DNA of 64,000 nucleotides. Origin: an uncultured cyanobacterium (GTDB taxonomy: Bacteria > Cyanobacteriota > Cyanobacteriia > Cyanobacteriales > CAWUOF01). The notes beneath the pieces are model-generated. The model worked only from the letters and a program-made list of their open reading frames with translations. It was not told where the DNA came from and made no database searches. This document shows positions 32,558-44,385 of the stretch, in pieces (the first letter of the stretch is position 1; each line of letters starts with the position of its first letter). The stretch spans positions 2,304,001-2,368,000 of the forward strand of contig CAVUSO010000001.1 of the NCBI GenBank assembly GCA_963744145.1. Direction: 5' to 3'. Both the position numbers and the translations under genes were made by a program.

Positions 32558-35500
32558 GTTTCAGTCCCGTTGCCAGGATTCATTATTGAGAAAGCAACTT
32601 GACAACCAAGTTGACAAAAACTTTCGCGATAACGTGTTTCAGTCCCGTCGCCGGGATTAAGTATTGAGAAAGTTTTCCTTGAATCAGCAGGGTTTTCTTT
32701 ATTGGAGCCATGTTTCAGTCCCGTCGCCGGGATTAAGTATTGAGAAAGCGTAAGTCCCATCGGGTAACATTAGTCCCTCAAGTTTCAGTCCCGTCGCCGG
32801 GATTAAGTATTGAGAAAGTAAATATTATCTAAATCTTCCTAAATATTCTTTAGTGTTTCAGTCCCGTCGCCGGGATTAAGTATTGAGAAAGCTGCATCTT
32901 TTAATCATGTTTCTAGTCTTTTAGAGTTTCAGTCCCGTCGCCGGGATTAAGTATTGAGAAAGTATCTATATAAACGTAGATGTTATAGTAGGAGATTGTT
33001 TCAGTCCCGTCGCCGGGATTAAGTATTGAGAAAGAAAAAACTAATACATCCAATAGAGCGCCGGCGCAAAGTTTCAGTCCCGTCGCCGGGATTAAGTATT
33101 GAGAAAGCAATGGGAATAAGACAGTCCACACGGTCATGCTAGCTGTTTCAGTCCCGTCGCCGGGATTAAGTATTGAGAAAGCCCCAATAATGGCAATCTC
33201 GCCAATTTGGTTAGTTTCAGTCCCGTTGCCGGGATTAAGTATTGAGAAAGTTGCGGTAGTGAGTGACATACATATCGTTCCAGGTTCTTGTTTCAGTCCC
33301 GTTGCCGGGATTAAGTATTGAGAAAGATCATCATTTTGCAAGTTGCGGTAGTGAGTGACAGTTTCAGTCCCGTTGCCGGGATTAAGTATTGAGAAAGCAA
33401 CCTTCAGCGAAACTTTTAAAACCCCAACCTTTCGGGTTTCAGTCCCGTTGCCGGGATTAAGTATTGAGAAAGGTGTAGCCGGGACTGGGATGGGCTCTGG
33501 CGTTGTGTTTCAGTCCCGTTGCCGGGATTAAGTATTGAGAAAGAGATAATTCCATTTGATTCTCCTTTCTTGGTGAGTTTGTTTCAGTCCCGTTGCCGGG
33601 ATTAAGTATTGAGAAAGAATTGATTTTGCTAAATATTCCAAAGAAACATCAAAGTTTCAGTCCCGTTGCCGGGATTAAGTATTGAGAAAGAGCAGGTAGC
33701 CGATATTCTTATCCCTGCTCTAGAAAAGTTTCAGTCCCGTTGCCGGGATTAAGTATTGAGAAAGCAGCTTTTTTGGGAGAAACTTTAGGGATAGGGATTT
33801 GTTTCAGTCCCGTTGCCGGGATTAAGTATTGAGAAAGTTTCTCTCCCAGAGAAATCGAGATTAAATTGTGTTCAGAGTTTCAGTCCCGTTGCCGGGATTA
33901 AGTATTGAGAAAGTTTGGGACAAATACGTTTCGAGTCTAAATTTGTCTCAGTTTCAGTCCCGTTGCCGGGATTAAGTATTGAGAAAGATTTGCGTATCCC
34001 GCAATAGTTGAAATTGTGCCTGAAGTTGGTTTCAGTCCCGTTGCCGGGATTAAGTATTGAGAAAGTCGATTCGAGATTTCTTAATCTGATAAATAAAATG
34101 TTTCAGTCCCGTTGCCGGGATTAAGTATTGAGAAAGAAGTTGATTTTGAATAGTTCAGTTTAGGAGGTTCAAGTTTCAGTCCCGTTGCCGGGATTAAGTA
34201 TTGAGAAAGCTATGAGAGTCGCATCAAAATCCCAAAAGTCCTATCAACCGTTTCAGTCCCGTTGCCGGGATTAAGTATTGAGAAAGCCCACAGTTTTATA
34301 TAGGTGAACTATCGGAGAAAAGTTTCAGTCCCGTTGCCGGGATTAAGTATTGAGAAAGATATCAGGTTGTCAATCATCCCGGATGATGTAGAAATGAGTT
34401 TCAGTCCCGTTGCCGGGATTAAGTATTGAGAAAGTAGATGAAATATTTGATGAGTCGGATTTCTCCCCCATGTTTCAGTCCCGTTGCCGGGATTAAGTAT
34501 TGAGAAAGAAGTCGGAGCAGCATTAAATTTCAGAGTAGTTTTGGTTTCAGTCCCGTTGCCGGGATTAAGTATTGAGAAAGGAGGATTAAATTATGAATCT
34601 TCCTTCAATGGAAGTCTTGTTTCAGTCCCGTTGCCGGGATTAAGTATTGAGAAAGCCGGGAGTACGCCTTCAGACCAGAGAACCGTCTTTACCCTGTTTC
34701 AGTCCCGTTGCCGGGATTAAGTATTGAGAAAGACCCAAAATAACATTACACAACAGGACAAAACAATGACGTTTCAGTCCCGTTGCCGGGATTAAGTATT
34801 GAGAAAGCTGCCCAATCAGCAATATTGACTATCACTGGTCTGGCGATGTTTCAGTCCCGTTGCCGGGATTAAGTATTGAGAAAGACCTACCTATGAAATT
34901 AGCACCCTTGCGTCGGGTGCGAGTTTCAGTCCCGTTGCCGGGATTAAGTATTGAGAAAGGGGGAAGTTATGTCCGACATCCCAGGGGGTGGCTTAGTTTC
35001 AGTCCCGTTGCCGGGATTAAGTATTGAGAAAGTCCCCTAAAGAAATATTTTCCCCAAAATCGGATAGTTTCAGTCCCGTTGCCGGGATTAAGTATTGAGA
35101 AAGCAGTAAAGCTGTCCAGACTGGACAGTTTTTTCTCGTTTCAGTCCCGTTGCCGGGATTAAGTATTGAGAAAGAAGTCTTGACCGGACAACAACCATGC
35201 TCCTTGATAGTTTCAGTCCCGTTGCCGGGATTAAGTATTGAGAAAGTTGGAGCTGAACTTTAAAGATTGACTTGGCAGTGATTGTTTCAGTCCCGTTGCC
35301 GGGATTAAGTATTGAGAAAGCGGGGGAAACCATCGGGTCAATTTGTGAATGAATGTTTCAGTCCCGTTGCCGGGATTAAGTATTGAGAAAGCGATGAGAT
35401 TTTCGATGAGTCTGACTTCAGTCCGAGTTTCAGTCCCGTTGCCGGGATTAAGTATTGAGAAAGTCTGCTAATGCCTTGGCTTTTAAAGATTTAATTTCTT

Positions 35501-38500
35501 CTGAAGTTTCAGTCCCGTTGCCGGGATTAAGTATTGAGAAAGCAATATTAGCAGACAAAATTTGCCCCGGACAAATGTTTCAGTCCCGTTGCCGGGATTA
35601 AGTATTGAGAAAGGTTTGGTCGTTTTGCTGTTTCTACATACCAACAGGAGTTTCAGTCCCGTTGCCGGGATTAAGTATTGAGAAAGTCCTTGGTTTGCAG
35701 TCCCCATTCCGGTGTCGGTGTTGTTTCAGTCCCGTTGCCGGGATTAAGTATTGAGAAAGCAATCTTGCTCCTCAGAATTTCTTCTGGGATTTTGATGTTT
35801 CAGTCCCGTTGCCGGGATTAAGTATTGAGAAAGCCGTTAGTTGTTGACGCGAATGAATGTTTGGATTATTGTTTCAGTCCCGTTGCCGGGATTAAGTATT
35901 GAGAAAGCTTAGAGTCAAATCCGGCGTGGGAAAATGTGTAGTTTCAGTCCCGTTGCCGGGATTAAGTATTGAGAAAGTGCCATAATGGACAAGGACTTAT
36001 ATAGATAAGTCCCGTTTCAGTCCCGTTGCCGGGATTAAGTATTGAGAAAGCCTCATTAAATAAAAAGGATTTAAAGAACGAGGGTCGTTTCAGTCCCGTT
36101 GCCGGGATTAAGTATTGAGAAAGCAAGGTAATTCCGGAAATTCCTTTACCCCAAGGATGTTTCAGTCCCGTTGCCGGGATTAAGTATTGAGAAAGCAGCA
36201 GGAGCAACAGCTAAGGCAATTTCATCATAATCAATAGTTTCAGTCCCGTTGCCGGGATTAAGTATTGAGAAAGTGGGTATAATTACTGGAATGGCAGTTC
36301 GTGGAATTTTCAGTTTCAGTCCCGTTGCCGGGATTAAGTATTGAGAAAGTATTCTACATATTAAAGTAGAAGAACCTATACCTATACCCATGTTTCAGTC
36401 CCGTTGCCGGGATTAAGTATTGAGAAAGCGGTCAATATTAATCACACGGGAATTACCATCAATAGTTTCAGTCCCGTTGCCGGGATTAAGTATTGAGAAA
36501 GTGTTGCTGATTCAGAATCAGCAAAACGAGGTTCTTTAAGTTTCAGTCCCGTTGCCGGGATTAAGTATTGAGAAAGAATTTTAATCAGCACAATAACCCC
36601 CAAGTAAAAATGTTTCAGTCCCGTTGCCGGGATTAAGTATTGAGAAAGAGGTCAGCAAGGAACTCGATGAGTTCCTGGTGAAGTTGAATGCTTCTTGTTT
36701 CAGTCCCGTTGCCGGGATTAAGTATTGAGAAAGCTCTCTGGCTAGGGATTAGCTATCGAGCATACTTAGGTTTCAGTCCCGTTGCCGGGATTAAGTATTG
36801 AGAAAGTTGTTTTCAAGTCGTCTTTGTTCTTAGAGCCAAAAACTACAGTTTCAGTCCCGTTGCCGGGATTAAGTATTGAGAAAGAACCAGAAAATTTAAC
36901 CCATCAAGAGCGTAATTAATGTTTCAGTCCCGTTGCCGGGATTAAGTATTGAGAAAGGCGACAAATGTTGGGTTAAATATAGCAGCAGGATAAGTTTCAG
37001 TCCCGTTGCCGGGATTAAGTATTGAGAAAGCTGATCTATGGGTGTATATATTAGATTGTTATGGGTTGTTTCAGTCCCGTTGCCGGGATTAAGTATTGAG
37101 AAAGTTGGTTGAGAATGAATTTTTAAAGGAACAAGTACAGAAATGTTTCAGTCCCGTTGCCGGGATTAAGTATTGAGAAAGCGGTGGACATAACAAGCGG
37201 ATGTATTGGCTAAGTCATTGTTTCAGTCCCGTTGCCGGGATTAAGTATTGAGAAAGTCTGTCGAAAAAGACAAGCACTTCGAGAAATCGAAGTTTCAGTC
37301 CCGTTGCCGGGATTAAGTATTGAGAAAGCCTAAAGTTAATATTATAGAAAGAATCTATAAAACATGTTTCAGTCCCGTTGCCGGGATTAAGTATTGAGAA
37401 AGACGATAAGTAATTGTACAGAATTATTTACAATAATAACATAATGTGTTAAGGTTGAAGAGTTGAAATTTAAATTTAACTAAAAAAATGATATTTCTAC
37501 GAGAAATTAATCCCCTTTCCGTTAAATTACTAAAGCGAATTTATCATCAAAGCCGACATCACCAGGTGCGTCAAAGAGCTCATTGCCTAATCTTAGCAAA
37601 CGACGGTGTAAAAGTCCCAGAGTTGATGAAAATTTTCAACGTCAGCTCTAAAACAATTTATAATTGGTTTGGGCGATGGGAATCATCTAGTATGGTTGGA
37701 TTATATAATCAATCAGGTAGAGGCTCTAAACCAAAATTTAATTCTGAACAAGAAAACCAAATTAAAGAGTGGACAAAATCCGAACCAAGACAATTAAAAC
37801 AAGTGGTAGAAAAAGCCAAAGAAAAATGGGGAATTGAGGCCAGTACAAAAACAATTAAAAGAATTTTGCAAAAATTTAATATGAGCTGGCATCGGATGCG
37901 TAAAGTGGTAGGAGGAGAACCTGTAGCTACCGTATATCAAGAAAAAAAGCGACAACTAGCAGAATATGAACGATTGGATAAGTTAGGTGAAATTGACCTA
38001 TATTACTTAGATGAATCCGGATTCTCTTTAATTCCTTCTGTGCCATACGCTTGGCAAGATATTGGCGAATATTTTGGGATTCCTAGTCAGCAAAGTAAGC
38101 GTTTAAATGTGTTAGGAATCATGAATAAACGGAATAAATTTGAAGCTTATGTTTCTGAAAAAAGTATCACTGGTGATGTAGTTGCGGCTTGTATTGATAC
38201 TTTCTTTCCTACCGTTGATAAACCCGTGGTAATTGTTACAGATCAAGCATCTATTCATACAGGCAATGCGATTTTTGAAAAACTTGAAGAATGGCAAGAG
38301 CGAAAAATTACTATTTTTGAGTTGCCTACTTATTCTCCCCATCTGAACCTAATTGAAATTTTGTGGAGGTTTATTAAGTATGAATGGATTCCGATAGAAG
38401 CTTATAAAGATTGGCCAACTTTCGTTGCAGCCGTTGAAAAGATTTTGAGAGAATTTGGAGAAAAGTATGTAATTAATTTTGTCTGACTACTTAATAAGGT

Positions 38501-41500
38501 CTCATTATCCTATCTCGTAGGATAGTTTCAGTCCCGTTGCCGGGATTAAGTATTGAGAAAGTACTAATCTAATCTCCAATTCTAATCAATATACACTTAG
38601 TTTCAGTCCCGTTGCCGGGATTAAGTATTGAGAAAGTGGATCATCCAGAGACTGATACTTTTGAGAAAACTCTGAAATGTTTCAGTCCCGTTGCCGGGAT
38701 TAAGTATTGAGAAAGTCGGAGTAAATCCGGAGTATACGCCAATGCTGCTCTAGCAAGGTTTCAGTCCCGTTGCCGGGATTAAGTATTGAGAAAGCGGATT
38801 CCCAATGGCAATTATTGAATAGGTAGCGATCGCATGTTTCAGTCCCGTTGCCGGGATTAAGTATTGAGAAAGTCTGCCATATCAATATCATTTAATTGTT
38901 GATTTAATGCGTTTCAGTCCCGTTGCCGGGATTAAGTATTGAGAAAGCTGACTAAAACAACATAAATTTAATCTGCTGTGAGTTTCAGTCCCGTTGCCGG
39001 GATTAAGTATTGAGAAAGCTTGAATTGTCCGATTATGGCAATTCTTATTATTTGCATGTTTCAGTCCCGTTGCCGGGATTAAGTATTGAGAAAGAGGAAT
39101 TAGATAAGGAATTACGCCAATTACGATCAGGTTTCAGTCCCGTTGCCGGGATTAAGTATTGAGAAAGGTCCTTAATAATTTGGTGAGTGCCCATCAACGA
39201 CCCGGTTTCAGTCCCGTTGCCGGGATTAAGTATTGAGAAAGATACTTAATAAGTTTTTCTTATTAAGTAAAAATGCTTAGGTTTCAGTCCCGTTGCCGGG
39301 ATTAAGTATTGAGAAAGGACCAGACCGAATATTACAAAGTTCGGCAAAACTAGCCCAGGTTTCAGTCCCGTTGCCGGGATTAAGTATTGAGAAAGAAATA
39401 TATTGGCTCAAATTATGGAACTACAGAGAGCATGTTTCAGTCCCGTTGCCGGGATTAAGTATTGAGAAAGCCCAATGGGGGTCATCGACGACAGTTGGGG
39501 CAATCGTTTCAGTCCCGTTGCCGGGATTAAGTATTGAGAAAGAACCTAAGAATTTTAATATCTCTCCTTTTACTTCTTTATAATGTTTCAGTCCCGTTGC
39601 CGGGATTAAGTATTGAGAAAGTGGGGAATCTGACCCCCAACTTTTCCAATAATTTCGTTTCAGTCCCGTTGCCGGGATTAAGTATTGAGAAAGAAGTGAA
39701 CTTTAATACTGCTAACGACCCTAGCGCATTGATTGTTTCAGTCCCGTTGCCGGGATTAAGTATTGAGAAAGCTGGGGTGAATAGGTTTAGGAGCGATTGC
39801 AATCATTTGTTTCAGTCCCGTTGCCGGGATTAAGTATTGAGAAAGTTTATCGCTCTAACTTGGGGCAAAGACAGGAGCAGGTTTCAGTCCCGTTGCCGGG
39901 ATTAAGTATTGAGAAAGCTACCTGTAGATCCAACAAAATTAAATTCTTACCTGTTTCAGTCCCGTTGCCGGGATTAAGTATTGAGAAAGAAATTATGGTC
40001 GAATTATTAACGTTTCAGAATTGGTTTCAGTCCCGTTGCCGGGATTAAGTATTGAGAAAGCTAGCGAGGGGTCAGTAACTTTAGCTAGGGTGATTGGGTT
40101 GTTTCAGTCCCGTTGCCGGGATTAAGTATTGAGAAAAGGACTGCATCATTGGACGCTCTGGGGTCTTTTTGCGTCGTTTCAGTCCCGTTGCCGGGATTAA
40201 GTATTGAGAAAGTAGGTTTTCCTCTTTTACTAGGAGTAGAATTTTTCTTGTTTCAGTCCCGTTGCCGGGATTAAGTATTGAGAAAGTGTAATAAAGTTGG
40301 CCAGATTGATTCCAACCTCTAGTCGCGTTTCAGTCCCGTTGCCGGGATTAAGTATTGAGAAAGTTTAAAGGTAATGCTCGCCCCATCCCCCTCGATTGTT
40401 TCAGTCCCGTTGCCGGGATTAAGTATTGAGAAAGCCACTTGAAATAAAAAAATACCCTCCCATATCAAGTTTCAGTCCCGTTGCCGGGATTAAGTATTGA
40501 GAAAGCTAACGTTAATTCATCATTAGTTTGAGTCGGAATAAGTTTCAGTCCCGTTGCCGGGATTAAGTATTGAGAAAGCAACATTTGATTTATCCACTTA
40601 GGGTATCCCTCCTGGAAGTTTCAGTCCCGTTGCCGGGATTAAGTATTGAGAAAGTTTCTTTTATTTCTCCCTTTGGTTGTAATTTCTGAACCAGGTTTCA
40701 GTCCCGTTGCCGGGATTAAGTATTGAGAAAGGTTTCACTTACGAATTCCTAGAAGGAAATGAAAAAGTTTCAGTCCCGTTGCCGGGATTAAGTATTGAGA
40801 AAGAGCTGAGTTTTTCTTATCCAGCACTTTAGCTTTTAGGTTTCAGTCCCGTTGCCGGGATTAAGTATTGAGAAAGTTGCCAAAATTCTAGATGATCTAA
40901 TCTCATAAAATCAGTTTCAGTCCCGTTGCCGGGATTAAGTATTGAGAAAGTATTTCAAAAATCTCGTTCTGATCAGGGTCTACGTGTTTCAGTCCCGTTG
41001 CCGGGATTAAGTATTGAGAAAGTTTATAGTCCACGGGTTAATTAGACCTATTGGGACTATTGTTTTAAGTTTCAGTCCCGTTGCCGGGATTAAGTATTGA
41101 GAAAGACTTGAGGGGCATTCCCATCACTGTATAAATTTTGCCAGTTTCAGTCCCGTTGCCGGGATTAAGTATTGAGAAAGTTAGCTTGAGCTAAATCAGC
41201 TTGACTGCCTCCACCAGGTTTCAGTCCCGTTGCCGGGATTAAGTATTGAGAAAGTGATGTCGTACTAAATAGTCGTTACATCCCGAAGAAGTTTCAGTCC
41301 CGTTGCCGGGATTAAGTATTGAGAAAGTAGTCCCATCTCCTTGTAAAGAGATTTGAGAGATATTTTGTAAGTTTCAGTCCCGTTGCCGGGATTAAGTATT
41401 GAGAAAGTTTGGGAAGTGGTCTTTGATGACAAATCTGTCGTCGTTTCAGTCCCGTTGCCGGGATTAAGTATTGAGAAAGTAGAATCATCAATACAACCAC

Positions 41501-43312
41501 TAACCGTATAGGGAAGTTTCAGTCCCGTTGCCGGGATTAAGTATTGAGAAAGCCTAGCCAAATAAAACAACAGAGGAAAAACATGAAGATAGTTTCAGTC
41601 CCGTTGCCGGGATTAAGTATTGAGAAAGAAGTACTGTTTATAAATTAGACAACACAAAATTAGTGTAGTTTCAGTCCCGTTGCCGGGATTAAGTATTGAG
41701 AAAGCAGCAGGTGTATCCTGTCCCGAGGATGCTTACGAAGTTTCAGTCCCGTTGCCGGGATTAAGTATTGAGAAAGCTGAGAGCGAGTTCTTTTTGGGCA
41801 TAGTCATCCCAGTAGATTTGTTTCAGTCCCGTTGCCGGGATTAAGTATTGAGAAAGCAATAGGGCTGGGGATAATTTGCTTGAGTGTCCATCCCCTAAGT
41901 TTCAGTCCCGTTGCCGGGATTAAGTATTGAGAAAGCTTTTGCGATCGCAGTAGCTAATCCAGCAGCACGTTTCAGTCCCGTTGCCGGGATTAAGTATTGA
42001 GAAAGTTGCTCCATCAGGAACATTACCCCCTGATTGGTATTATTTCCGGTTTCAGTCCCGTTGCCGGGATTAAGTATTGAGAAAGATAGAAGTTTGACTC
42101 GCAAATTTAGGGGTAAAATAAATGTTTCAGTCCCGTTGCCGGGATTAAGTATTGAGAAAGTTGGAAATAATGTCAATCAATTAATATTATTCAATAAGTT
42201 TCAGTCCCGTTGCCGGGATTAAGTATTGAGAAAGATATTACCAGTACAATCACTGGGGTCCAGGCTACCGCAGGTTTCAGTCCCGTTGCCGGGATTAAGT
42301 ATTGAGAAAGCTGAACTAAGGGCTAGATGGGCGGCAGTGATCGCGGAAAAGTTTCAGTCCCGTTGCCGGGATTAAGTATTGAGAAAGTTCTCAACCAAAG
42401 ATCCTGATACAGGCGCCACCCTGAAGTTTCAGTCCCGTTGCCGGGATTAAGTATTGAGAAAGTTACCAGACTCAGACTTCCGTTGATACTCCTAATACGT
42501 TTCAGTCCCGTTGCCGGGATTAAGTATTGAGAAAGTTGTAAAACTCAACCCATTGGGTATATTGGGCATGTTGATTGCCAAAAGTTTCAGTCCCGTTGCC
42601 GGGATTAAGTATTGAGAAAGAATAAATGAGCTATTCTCGCTAGCCCAATTGCATAGACGTTTCAGTCCCGTTGCCGGGATTAAGTATTGAGAAAGAAGTA
42701 TTTTTATAGTTGACGGTGTAGCCATTTACCGTTTCAGTCCCGTTGCCGGGATTAAGTATTGAGAAAGGAGCTGTAACCCTTACGGCTCTAGCTGACAAAG
42801 ATGGCAAGTTTCAGTCCCGTTGCCGGGATTAAGTATTGAGAAAGTCGCTGATGCTAACTACAGCGGAATCAGTGGACTTAACGTTTCAGTCCCGTTGCCG
42901 GGATTAAGTATTGAGAAAGCTAATGCTTCCCTACCTACCTAATGAGACACTAATACTTCCCGTTTCAGTCCCGTTGCCGGGATTAAGTATTGAGAAAGCG
43001 GCAGCGTCTTTCCGGCGAGATTGCGTTCATTCAATCAATGTTTCAGTCCCGTTGCCGGGATTAAGTATTGAGAAAGCAGTAGTATAATCAAATTAAAATT
43101 ATGTCAATCAACAATGGTTTCAGTCCCGTTGCCGGGATTAAGTATTGAGAAAGTTGCTCTGACGTAGAACCCTTAGTCAATGGATTACAAAAATTTAAGT
43201 TTCAGTCCCGTTGCCGGGATTAAGTATTGAGAAAGCGGGTTATCACTGGACGGCTACGCACCTGATTAATTACAGGTTTCAGTCCCGTTGCCGGGATTAA
43301 GTATTGAGAAAG
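32558..43312 (-). CRISPR. Type I-D-like CRISPR array of about 130 repeats (counted by eye), 37-bp repeat CTTTCTCAATACTTAATCCCGGCAACGGGACTGAAAC; no cas genes in the window
   Basis: Identical 37-mers with unique spacers of roughly 33-48 bp. The degenerate terminal repeat at 32558 marks the trailer end. CTTTC...GGGACTGAAAC is the cyanobacterial I-D repeat type. Confidence 0.97.
37409..38491 (+). mobile_element. IS630-family element inserted in a CRISPR spacer, TA duplication; intact 332-aa transposase at 37488-38486
   Basis: Imperfect TIRs AGTAATTGTACAGAATTATTTACA and (reverse complement) AGTAGTCAGACAAAATTAATTACA. TA at 37407-8 and 38492-3. DESGF, DQASIH and YSPHLNLIEILW motifs. Confidence 0.93.
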
Positions 43313-43620
43313 AGCGTGGTCTAGAAGCGTTACTGGGACTAGCTTGAAATAGCAATTTTGGCAGGTCTCCAAAAAAACTTCATTTCAGCGATTGCCCCAA
43401 CTGAAAATTTGCTAGATTTAGACCGGGGTTAGAGCGTAGAACTATTGAATTATCAAGGTTCTAGAGATTTTGGCGGCACCCCCTGGTTTTTCAACCTCGC
43501 TTCGCCTTGCCAAAAAATCTATACAGACACTATATAACACCTTTGCAACTTTGTCACATATTTTAGCACTCAAATTTTGCAGAAAAATAATTCAGGTAAT
43601 TTCTTATGGACAATGGCGAT
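43313..43620 (-). promoter_or_regulatory. CRISPR leader
   Basis: Non-coding region adjoining the non-degenerate end of the array; resembles cyanobacterial I-D leaders (GACCTGCCAAAATTGC...). Confidence 0.7.
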
Positions 43621-43644
43621 CGGATCACCTCTAATCGCTAAATA

Positions 43645-43718
43645 ATACCAGCTTCATAAATTAGCACTACAGATAATATATATAGATCATCTGTAGTCAG
43701 AGTTGGAAGAATTGGTAT
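43645..43718. mobile_element. About 75-bp MITE derived from an IS630 like the one at 5753-6903
   Basis: Left TAATACCAGCTTCATAAATTAGCACTACAGATA resembles the IS630 left end. Right CTGTAGTCAGAGTTGGAAGAATTGGTATAA resembles 6876-6905. Confidence 0.75.
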
Positions 43719-43731
43719 AACTGGAGAAATA

Positions 43732-43760
43732 TTGACAATAAGTACATATTCGGTCATAAT
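43732..43760 (+). promoter_or_regulatory. Sigma70-type promoter of IS607 tnpA
   Basis: TTGACA-17 bp-CATAAT, ending 6 bp before ATG 43767. Confidence 0.6.
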
Positions 43761-43766
43761 ATATCT

Positions 43767-44385
43767 ATGACTAAATATGTAACGCCAAATGAAGCAGCTA
43801 ACACTCTCTTGAGTTTGTCTCAGAACCCTTAGAAGATGGGAAGTCGAGGGAAAAATCAATACCGTCAAAACACCCTGTGGTCACAGAAGGTACGACATCG
43901 AAGGGTTCATCAAAAAAGAATCAGCACCAGAAAGTGGACGCGCCACTGTTATCTATGCTCGCGTCTCTACCAGACCTCAACAAGCAGACCTTATGCGACA
44001 AATTGAGCGATTATCAACGCTCTATCCAGGCGCTGAAGTCGTTCAGGAAGTGGGAGGAGGACTTAATCTTAGGCGGAAAGGACTCATCACCCTTTTGGGA
44101 CGAGTTTTGCGTGGCGATATCGCAGTTATTGTGGTTGCCCACAAAGATCGACTCGCCCGATTCGGATTTGATCTTATCGAGTGGTTGTGTGAACAATTTG
44201 ACTGCCAAATCGTGGTTCTCAACCAAGTCAGTCTCTCTCCTCACGCCGAACTCGTTCAAGATATCATCGCAATCCTCCACAGCTTTTCAAGCCGACTTTA
44301 TTCCCTCCGCCGACTTGAAAACCAAATCAAAGAAGAGTTACAAACTGAAACCAAGGCACCAGAAAAACCCGTTAAAACAGCCTAA
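43767..44385 (+). pseudogene. tnpA: IS607-family serine recombinase TnpA (+1 frameshift near 43808)
   Basis: MTKYVTPNEAA, then in the +1 frame RTLRRWE...GHRRY...IYARVST...EVGGGLN...HKDRLARFGFD...FSSRLYS. Confidence 0.9.

Noticed and set aside
32491..42725. Many short ORFs across the array (FSILNPGNGTET, VSVPLPGLSIEK)
   Set aside because: They are translations of the CRISPR repeat; only the IS630 transposase is real.
32558..43312. Self-targeting spacers within the window
   Set aside because: None noticed by eye; needs a BLASTn of spacers to exclude.
43638..43868. 76-aa minus-strand ORF upstream of the leader as a possible cas2
   Set aside because: No Cas2 motif; it is antisense to the tnpA start and the MITE.
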